Origin: an uncultured virus (IMG/VR IMGVR_UViG_3300021375_002229)
Taxonomy: Duplodnaviria; Heunggongvirae; Uroviricota; Caudoviricetes
Strand: one strand, 5' to 3'
Virus record (IMG/VR): IMGVR_UViG_3300021375_002229
DNA: 64,000 nucleotides
Under the pieces are notes generated by a model. The model was not told where the DNA came from, searched no databases, and was given only the letters and a program-made list of their open reading frames with translations. Shown here piece by piece: positions 57,449-64,000 of this stretch. Each line of letters begins with the position of its first letter. The stretch's first letter is position 1. A program made the translations under genes and the position numbers.

Positions 57449-58134
57449 TGATTTATGCTACTTTGTGTGTTGGAGAAAAATGGTGTAAACAAAACGCTGA
57501 TGATATAAATGATTTAGGAAAAGATAATTTAGTGTATGTTTATACAGATTTTGCTGAATATTTCCCAAACTGTAAGATAGTACAATATACAAGAAAAGAT
57601 TTTAGTTACTATGAAAAACTACCATTTTGGCTTAACTTAATAATCAAACACAAAGAAAGAGTAGTGTATATTGATTCAGATTCAACTCAAACAATTCCAA
57701 TGCAAATACTTCGTAATGGTACTGCTAATTTGGATAACGAATCAGTTTATACATTTACTATGTTTAATAATCCATCATATGCTTACGAACTACTTAAAAA
57801 AAATCCTTCTTTAGTACAGCTAATGGAAATATATGAGGAATTGGGATATGACCCCATTTGTTTTTATTTACATGAAAAATTACTTTCATTACCTTATAAA
57901 AAAGATGAAACTGAATTGATACTAAAAGAAATACTTAATCTTCAATCTATATTTGAAGAAAAATATTATAAAGGTAGGTTTTGGAAAGGTATTCCTCATG
58001 ATGAGACTGGAACGCATGAATGTAATAAATGGTCAAAATATGGTTGTGGATATGGTGAAGGTGGAGCTATTTCAATTTTGATTCATAATTTAAACATACC
58101 AATTAAAACAATAAGAGAATATTCAGTTATATGA
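57448..58134 (+). CDS. GT-A-like protein
   Basis: YVYTD, YYEK, VYIDSD. Confidence 0.5.
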   Translation: MIYATLCVGEKWCKQNADDINDLGKDNLVYVYTDFAEYFPNCKIVQYTRKDFSYYEKLPFWLNLIIKHKERVVYIDSDSTQTIPMQILRNGTANLDNESVYTFTMFNNPSYAYELLKKNPSLVQLMEIYEELGYDPICFYLHEKLLSLPYKKDETELILKEILNLQSIFEEKYYKGRFWKGIPHDETGTHECNKWSKYGCGYGEGGAISILIHNLNIPIKTIREYSVI

Positions 58135-58310
58135 TAGAATTTTTAAGACATATATTAGGAGTATGTGGTGAACACTTTCACCCAAACATTTGGAACACCA
58201 TGGCATCTATTCCAATAATAGCAACAACAGTACATTATATTAAATGTAAATGTGGTGGATGGTTCAGACACAAAAAGAGTTGTGAAAATAATTTGGATAA
58301 TCAAAAATAA
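58131..58310 (+). CDS. 59-aa Cys/His-rich small protein
   Basis: Manually translated MIEFLRHILGVCGEHFHPN...CKC...H..SC. Confidence 0.55.
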   Translation: MIEFLRHILGVCGEHFHPNIWNTMASIPIIATTVHYIKCKCGGWFRHKKSCENNLDNQK

Positions 58311-58323
58311 TTTCGTATATTAG
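58292..58323 (+). promoter_or_regulatory. Bacteroidota sigma70-type promoter
   Basis: TTTG(58292)-N20-TATATTAG(58316). Confidence 0.7.
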
Positions 58324-58347
58324 TAGTAAACATTAAACTATAAAATT

Positions 58348-58815
58348 ATGGCTTACAATCCCTTCAGATGGTTCACAAAAGGTAAATATAGAAAGAGACC
58401 TTTAAAATCAAAAGAACCTTTATTACTTAAAATACAAAATGGTGATTTCGAATATTCACCATATCTTCTTGAATCTATTGATGAAGCGAATAATTATCAA
58501 AAGAAATTTGATGATTTTATGGAAACATCTTTACTACAAAATGGTCTTGATAAAGAAGTTGAGGCACACGAGCATGCAAAAATGAGAAGAATTGCATCTC
58601 AAAAACTTATGGAGAAGGGATTAGAAGAAGAGCAGACACGATTGATGGAGTTGAGAACCCAATTAACTTCTGAGTTTGGTAAAGACCTTTGGGATAAGTG
58701 TATGGAAAAGCAAAGAGGAAAAGGTACTACTGAGGATATGTATTGGTGGTACAAAAAACAAATGGGATTAACCTACACTAAATCAGAACTTCAGATTAGA
58801 GGTATTAATTTATGA
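58348..58815 (+). CDS. Hypothetical protein
   Basis: 155-aa ORF after promoter. Confidence 0.7.
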   Translation: MAYNPFRWFTKGKYRKRPLKSKEPLLLKIQNGDFEYSPYLLESIDEANNYQKKFDDFMETSLLQNGLDKEVEAHEHAKMRRIASQKLMEKGLEEEQTRLMELRTQLTSEFGKDLWDKCMEKQRGKGTTEDMYWWYKKQMGLTYTKSELQIRGINL

Positions 58816-59675
58816 TTGAAAAAATATATGCATTTGGAACATCTCATACCGCAGGTGGTGGGTTTGAGTTTAATGTTTCAGATAGATACAGAAAGAATCC
58901 TAATTTATACAAGAAAATATTTGATACAGAGGACCACTTTGATTTCTCTTATCCAAATATATTAGGTAGGATGATAAATGTTGAGGTTGTAAATTTAGCC
59001 AAACAAGGATTTGGATATGAGCGAGTCAATCGTAAACTAATTGAAGTAGTATCTAGTCCTAAATTTAATAAAGATAGCTCACTTGTTCTTATAGAAATAT
59101 CTGATTGGGATAGAAAAGAATGGTATTCTAAAGAAATAGGAAAGTATTTTATAACTAATTTTGGTCCTCGTAGTATTGATACGTTATCATTTTCTACTGA
59201 TTATCACTATGAAAATAAAAAAGAGGCAGAAGTAATTTCTAAATATCAAAATACATTGATAGATTTTTATAAGATAACTCACAATGATTACCAATATCTA
59301 ATTTCAAAGCTTCAAGAATCTTTTATATTTATGATATCATTTCTTCAAAGATTTGGTGTTAAGTTTTATCTAACTAATGGTGGTCTACCAATAGAGCCAA
59401 AATTTAAACAACAAATGAATTATGATTCAAATATAGTTGAATATAAATTTCATAAAAATGTATTAAATTTTGTACAAGATATGAGTGAATTTAATATAGA
59501 TAAAGAATCACGAGGAATTGTATCTGATAACCATCAAGGGGTTTCTGTTAATCTAACAATAGCAGAACACATATTTAATAAAATGATTGATGATAAGTAT
59601 TTATTATCAGATAAAATTATTATAGATTTTAATAAGAATTGGGAACTTATTCAAAATAAATTATTTGATGATTAA
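58812..59675 (+). CDS. SGNH-like protein (tandem paralog 1)
   Basis: FGTSHTAGGGFEF, NLAKQGFG, DNHQG. Confidence 0.65.
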   Translation: MIEKIYAFGTSHTAGGGFEFNVSDRYRKNPNLYKKIFDTEDHFDFSYPNILGRMINVEVVNLAKQGFGYERVNRKLIEVVSSPKFNKDSSLVLIEISDWDRKEWYSKEIGKYFITNFGPRSIDTLSFSTDYHYENKKEAEVISKYQNTLIDFYKITHNDYQYLISKLQESFIFMISFLQRFGVKFYLTNGGLPIEPKFKQQMNYDSNIVEYKFHKNVLNFVQDMSEFNIDKESRGIVSDNHQGVSVNLTIAEHIFNKMIDDKYLLSDKIIIDFNKNWELIQNKLFDD

Positions 59676-60609
59676 GAAAATATATACTTTTGGAACATCT
59701 TATACAGAAGGTGGGGGATATGAGTGGCATAATGACCATCTTAAATACTCAGTAATACACGCATATAAAGGTGTACCTGATGAATTAACTATGAAAAACT
59801 TTTCATATCCTGGTCAGTTACAAAAGTTATTATCAGATACTAAGTATGGTATTGAGGTTATAAACTTAGGCAAAAGTGGATATGGTAATGAAAGGTTATA
59901 CAGAAAAGCAACCGATATAACAATGATGGATGATTTTGATAAAGATACCACACTATTTTTATTTGAATTCTCTTGGACCGGTAGAAAAGAATTATACTCA
60001 AGAGCTTTAAAAGATTACATAATACTAAATTATAGTAATCCAGACCACGAGAATAGACCGGACTTTACAACGGTACATGGATATGCAAGTGATTATGTAT
60101 ATGATGATAACAATACACATAACCAAAAAATGGATAAGATACCTGATGGACGTTTTTATCAACAATACTGTGATACTGTTATCAACCACGATATTCAGTT
60201 TAGCTTGTTAAAAAACTCAACAACTACATTTTTATCTTACTTAACTTTAAATAAAATTAATTTTCTTACTGTTGTTCCTCCACATTATATTGAACCTTGT
60301 TATTGGGATACATTATTATATCCAAACATTATAAATACATTTCCTGATTATGATGGACATAATCTTGTAGGAGAATCGGGATTAATACAAAACGAAACAT
60401 TAGATTTCCACCATGACCGACATTGGGGATATATTTCTAACAAATGGATTGCCAGTTTGGTATATGATGAACTTATAGATAGAAATTTTATTGATGGTAC
60501 AAAACTTAATAAAAAAAGAAAAGATTTTGATTATATTAATAATATTATTCTTAATAATATAAAAAATTCACCAGATTGTAAACGAATTATTAAGGATAGA
60601 GAGAAATGA
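59665..60609 (+). CDS. SGNH-like protein (tandem paralog 2)
   Basis: FGTSYTEGGGYEW, NLGKSGYGN, DRHWG. Confidence 0.65.
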   Translation: MMIKKIYTFGTSYTEGGGYEWHNDHLKYSVIHAYKGVPDELTMKNFSYPGQLQKLLSDTKYGIEVINLGKSGYGNERLYRKATDITMMDDFDKDTTLFLFEFSWTGRKELYSRALKDYIILNYSNPDHENRPDFTTVHGYASDYVYDDNNTHNQKMDKIPDGRFYQQYCDTVINHDIQFSLLKNSTTTFLSYLTLNKINFLTVVPPHYIEPCYWDTLLYPNIINTFPDYDGHNLVGESGLIQNETLDFHHDRHWGYISNKWIASLVYDELIDRNFIDGTKLNKKRKDFDYINNIILNNIKNSPDCKRIIKDREK

Positions 60610-61532
60610 TTAAAAGAGTTATAACATATGGAACATCTAATACAGCTGGTGGTGGATTTGAATTTGATTCTACTATAATAGAAAAGGAATATTGGAAGGG
60701 GCAGATGGGTAACTCTCCTAAAACAAGAGGAGAACTTCTAAAATCAATATACTCTGAAACACCACTAACACAAGATAATTATTCATGGCCAGGACAACTA
60801 AAAAGATTATTTAATGAAAATAATTTAAATATAGAGATAGAAAACATATCTAAGCAGGGTTATGGTAATGATAGATTATACAGAAAGTTTTTTGAAGATT
60901 TTGATTTACATACTGATTACAAAAAAAACATTTATATCTTTGAATTTAGTGATTTAAGTAGAAAAGAGTTTTATTTCAATCCTTTAAAAAACCATGTTGT
61001 ACTTAATTATGCTTTAAATTACAATAGGAAACAAATAACAATAGCAGAAAGTTACTTTTACGATAGCAAAGATAAGATAAATCTCTTAAATGATAATTTA
61101 GAATTCTTTCATACATTTAGAGAAAATTTCATGGATTATGATATTGAAATGAAAGATATATCAAGAAGATTATTGTGGTTTTTGAATTTCTTAAATTTGT
61201 ATGAAGTAAATTATTACATATCAGCACCACCACAGATTATTCATCCACAATATGAATCTCATATAGAATATTCAGATAAGTTAATTGAATTTGGATTTAA
61301 AAATAAAAAACAATATAGTTCATTTCATGAGTTTGCATCTCATGAAGGAATTAAAATTATTGATGAAACTAATGGAGGTTACACAGATGTACATCCTTCT
61401 CTATTCGCAACAAAAACTATTTCTAAAATTATTTGGAATAAACTCGTTCAAGATAATCTTATAAATAAAGATTTGTATGATATTCCGGAAGGTCCTGATT
61501 TTTCACAAACAATTAAAAAAAGTATAATGTAA
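60606..61532 (+). CDS. SGNH-like protein (tandem paralog 3)
   Basis: YGTSNTAGGGFEF, NISKQGYGN, DVHPS. Confidence 0.65.
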   Translation: MIKRVITYGTSNTAGGGFEFDSTIIEKEYWKGQMGNSPKTRGELLKSIYSETPLTQDNYSWPGQLKRLFNENNLNIEIENISKQGYGNDRLYRKFFEDFDLHTDYKKNIYIFEFSDLSRKEFYFNPLKNHVVLNYALNYNRKQITIAESYFYDSKDKINLLNDNLEFFHTFRENFMDYDIEMKDISRRLLWFLNFLNLYEVNYYISAPPQIIHPQYESHIEYSDKLIEFGFKNKKQYSSFHEFASHEGIKIIDETNGGYTDVHPSLFATKTISKIIWNKLVQDNLINKDLYDIPEGPDFSQTIKKSIM

Positions 61533-61545
61533 ATATTTATAAAAC

Positions 61546-61725
61546 ATGAACAGAGTAAAAGAAGCGGTAATTCAAAAACTATTTAAAGTTATTGATTCAA
61601 TGGATAAGGCAGAACACATTTATGGTGTAAGAAATTATCTTGATTCATACTATAAGTTATATGGATTACAGAATAAAGGTATAATAGAAATATACTTTAG
61701 AACTAGAAAAGAAAAGTTTATATGA
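61546..61725 (+). CDS. Hypothetical 59-aa protein
   Basis: Manually translated MNRVKEAVIQKLF...; ATGA overlap with next gene. Confidence 0.55.
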   Translation: MNRVKEAVIQKLFKVIDSMDKAEHIYGVRNYLDSYYKLYGLQNKGIIEIYFRTRKEKFI

Positions 61726-62471
61726 TACTCTTTTTAGGAGATAGTATCACTTGGGGGCAGGGATTGCAAATAGAAAAATGGATTTCTGAAGGGAAATCTG
61801 TTGATTTTTGTAACAAACACTCAGTACCACATTATCATGGAGAGCATATTAGTTATGATGATGATATGTTTAGAAAGTCAAAACATTTTCCTAACTTAGT
61901 AGCTAAAGAATTAGGTGTTAGCTATTCTACAAAATGGGGTAATGGTGGAACAAACGATGAAACTACATTTATTATTGAAAATTTAGAAAAGCTCATTCAC
62001 CCATATACGGTTCAATTGGTAGTTATTCAATTTACAGATATGGTTCGAGATGATTTGTTTTCATATGTAGATAATAAAAACTTTGGAGATTTAGCTGAAC
62101 TAAATTTAAAAAATCAAATATTCAGAATTGATAATACTTTATCATATCCAAAAAACAAAGATGAAATAATTCCATGGATAGGAATATCTTGGCATAAAGA
62201 ACATTCTAACTTTTTGAAAGAAAAATATCCTAATAATTTTGTAGGATTTGAATATAATAATATGAAGTTTGATTGTTTACACGATTTGTATAAATGGAAG
62301 AACAATTTATTAAGAGAAGCCGATAGAAAATCCCATAAATTAGAAATAAAAGATATATATAATGGGATAGGCGATGGACATCCGAGTTCATTTGCCCATG
62401 AAATAATAGCTGAGAGTGTATTGAAAAAAATTAAAAGAGAAAAAATACAATTTAGTAAGTTATGGAAATAG
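61722..62471 (+). CDS. SGNH-like protein
   Basis: LGDSITWG, GGTN, DGHPS. Confidence 0.7.
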   Translation: MILFLGDSITWGQGLQIEKWISEGKSVDFCNKHSVPHYHGEHISYDDDMFRKSKHFPNLVAKELGVSYSTKWGNGGTNDETTFIIENLEKLIHPYTVQLVVIQFTDMVRDDLFSYVDNKNFGDLAELNLKNQIFRIDNTLSYPKNKDEIIPWIGISWHKEHSNFLKEKYPNNFVGFEYNNMKFDCLHDLYKWKNNLLREADRKSHKLEIKDIYNGIGDGHPSSFAHEIIAESVLKKIKREKIQFSKLWK

Positions 62472-62731
62472 TAAAAAACAGATACGGTACAGAACGAGTT
62501 ATTGAAAAAATTGGTGATACCAAACTCAGAATAATGGGAGAATCTTTATTCTCAAGGGGTTCTGAAGATGAAAATGGTAATCAAACAATGTATGATTTTG
62601 AAGGAGGACCATGTTTAAATCTTGGAGGAACAATTAGTTATTTAGGAGTAGATTTTAAGATAGTTTCAATTAAATCAGAAGAGGTGAAGGAAGAAAATAT
62701 ATCATCTGTTGTAGTGGAGATAGTATTATAA
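62462..62731 (+). CDS. Hypothetical protein
   Basis: 89-aa ORF (NRYG...DFEGGP). Confidence 0.65.
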   Translation: MEIVKNRYGTERVIEKIGDTKLRIMGESLFSRGSEDENGNQTMYDFEGGPCLNLGGTISYLGVDFKIVSIKSEEVKEENISSVVVEIVL

Positions 62732-63067
62732 ATGATTAACGAAAAAGTATTTACAGTTCATATTGGAGAAACAGATATTCAGGAATGGATGCAAGGAGTT
62801 GGTAAACGAGTTTTAATGCCAATCCTTTTTGAAGTTTGTAAAGATGTTATAGAAGGTGAAGAAGAAGAACGAATTGCTGCAAGGGTACAGTTTTCATTGA
62901 AAGGAAAACCAAAGATTTATGATTTCATCGTTAAATTAGAAGGTGTTGGTGATACTCTCAACAAAATAATGAATTGGGCAATTGAAGAAGAAGAGTACGA
63001 AATGTGTGGTAAAATAAAAAATACTCAAGAAAGGTTACATAATGAAGATTTTAGTTATAGGAGATAG
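62732..63067 (+). CDS. Hypothetical protein with C-terminal UVR-like motif
   Basis: AIEEEEYEMCGKIKN. Confidence 0.55.
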   Translation: MINEKVFTVHIGETDIQEWMQGVGKRVLMPILFEVCKDVIEGEEEERIAARVQFSLKGKPKIYDFIVKLEGVGDTLNKIMNWAIEEEEYEMCGKIKNTQERLHNEDFSYRR

Positions 63068-63782
63068 TTGTACAGATGTTTTTGTATATGGTAGTTGTGA
63101 TAGGTTATGTCCTGAAGCACCAATACCTGTATTCAAACCATCAAAAACCATAACCAATCAAGGTATGGCTGGAAATGTTGTTGATAACCTCAGAGCATTA
63201 GGAGTTAGAAAAACTGAACTAATCACTAACAACGAACAAATCATAAAAACAAGATATGTAGAAACCAAATCAAACCAAATGCTACTCAGAGTAGATGGTA
63301 ATGATAAGGTTTCTAATTCATTTGATTATCGTAAGGTAGATTTTGAATCATATGATGCAGTAATAGTTGCTGATTATGATAAAGGATATCTAACCAACAA
63401 AGATATCCAAAAAATTGGTGAATATTCTGAATTATCTTTCATTGATACTAAAAAAACTATTGATTTAGAAAACTTCAAAGGATATACTTTCATTAAAATG
63501 AATGAAGTTGAGTGGGAGCGTTGTATGGAACATGGAGCAGAATATGATGAATGGAAAGATAATCTAATTATAACAATGTCAGAGCGAGGTTGTATGTTTG
63601 ATAACAAACGATACTCAGTAGATAATACAGTTGAGGTTAGGGATTTGAGCGGAGCAGGTGATACTTGGATGGCATCATTTGTAGTAAAATATTTAGAAGA
63701 ATATAATACAGTAGATGCAATTAAAGATGCAAACAAGAATGCAACATTAGTAGTACAAAAACGAGGAGTTTCAACAATATGA
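63042..63782 (+). CDS. RfaE/HldE-like PfkB sugar kinase (heptose-7-P kinase domain-like)
   Basis: LVIGDSCTDVF, RLCPEAPIPV, GMAGNV, DYDKG, DLSGAGDT. Confidence 0.85.
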   Translation: MKILVIGDSCTDVFVYGSCDRLCPEAPIPVFKPSKTITNQGMAGNVVDNLRALGVRKTELITNNEQIIKTRYVETKSNQMLLRVDGNDKVSNSFDYRKVDFESYDAVIVADYDKGYLTNKDIQKIGEYSELSFIDTKKTIDLENFKGYTFIKMNEVEWERCMEHGAEYDEWKDNLIITMSERGCMFDNKRYSVDNTVEVRDLSGAGDTWMASFVVKYLEEYNTVDAIKDANKNATLVVQKRGVSTI

Positions 63783-64000
63783 AAAATATTCTAATTGGTG
63801 GTTGTTCATTTAGTGAAACCTATTTAGACCGAAAAGGACCGCCAAATCATCCTTGGATTCCATATACAGATTTATTAAAAGTAAATCATCCTAAAACAAC
63901 TTTTAAAAATACGGCAAGGGAATCATCAGGTAATGCAGAAATAGCTGAAAATATTGTAGAGCAAGTTATAAATAATGATTATGATTTCGTAATAGTACAA
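63779..64000 (+). CDS. SGNH-like protein, 3' truncated by window
   Basis: MKNILIGGCSFS...SSGN...FVIVQ; frame open to window end. Confidence 0.6.
   Translation, partial: MKNILIGGCSFSETYLDRKGPPNHPWIPYTDLLKVNHPKTTFKNTARESSGNAEIAENIVEQVINNDYDFVIVQ

Noticed and set aside
184..63736. All minus-strand ORFs in the track
   Set aside because: Short, antisense to well-supported + strand genes, no recognisable motifs
1..64000. Stop-codon reassignment
   Set aside because: Recognisable proteins are full length under code 11; TAA, TAG and TGA all end genes at sensible places
1..64000. tRNA/rRNA genes, introns, inteins, IS elements or a diversity-generating retroelement
   Set aside because: No cloverleaf, transposase, reverse transcriptase, intein motif or TR/VR pair recognised by eye; intergenic gaps are short. 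tRNAscan/Infernal were not run
1..64000. Bacterial chromosome origin
   Set aside because: No housekeeping operons, GroES without GroEL, gp62-like gene, single-strand dense packing of small hypothetical genes. No capsid or terminase gene lies in this window, so viral origin remains an inference

Overview
A gene-dense, AT-rich 64 kb segment in which essentially every credible gene is on the + strand (standard genetic code, many ATGA/TAATG overlaps). It looks like part of a large lytic (jumbo-type) dsDNA phage of a Bacteroidota, probably flavobacterial, host. Evidence: class I RNR alpha plus thioredoxin, a clamp-loader-like subunit, a PD-(D/E)XK exonuclease, GroES without GroEL, a MoxR AAA/vWA pair, an amidase, no core host genes, and nine Bacteroidota-type TTTG-N19/20-TAnnTT(T/A)R promoters. 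The accessory content is unusual. (i) A full TonB-dependent receptor. (ii) A very large glycan synthesis and modification repertoire: glycosyltransferases, nucleotide-sugar enzymes, a sulfation set, 8 SGNH-like paralogs, 2OG-Fe oxygenases, a radical SAM enzyme and a methyltransferase. (iii) A roughly 10 kb operon (21.9-32.0 kb) of almost entirely secreted or membrane proteins: two CsgG-like proteins, two cohesin/dockerin-like proteins (one with tandem PA14 domains) each followed by a small lipoprotein resembling a free-standing T9SS C-terminal domain, and a beta-barrel protein with a long acidic low-complexity stalk. This operon is the best candidate for an undescribed system. All calls come from visual motif recognition; no database searches were run.
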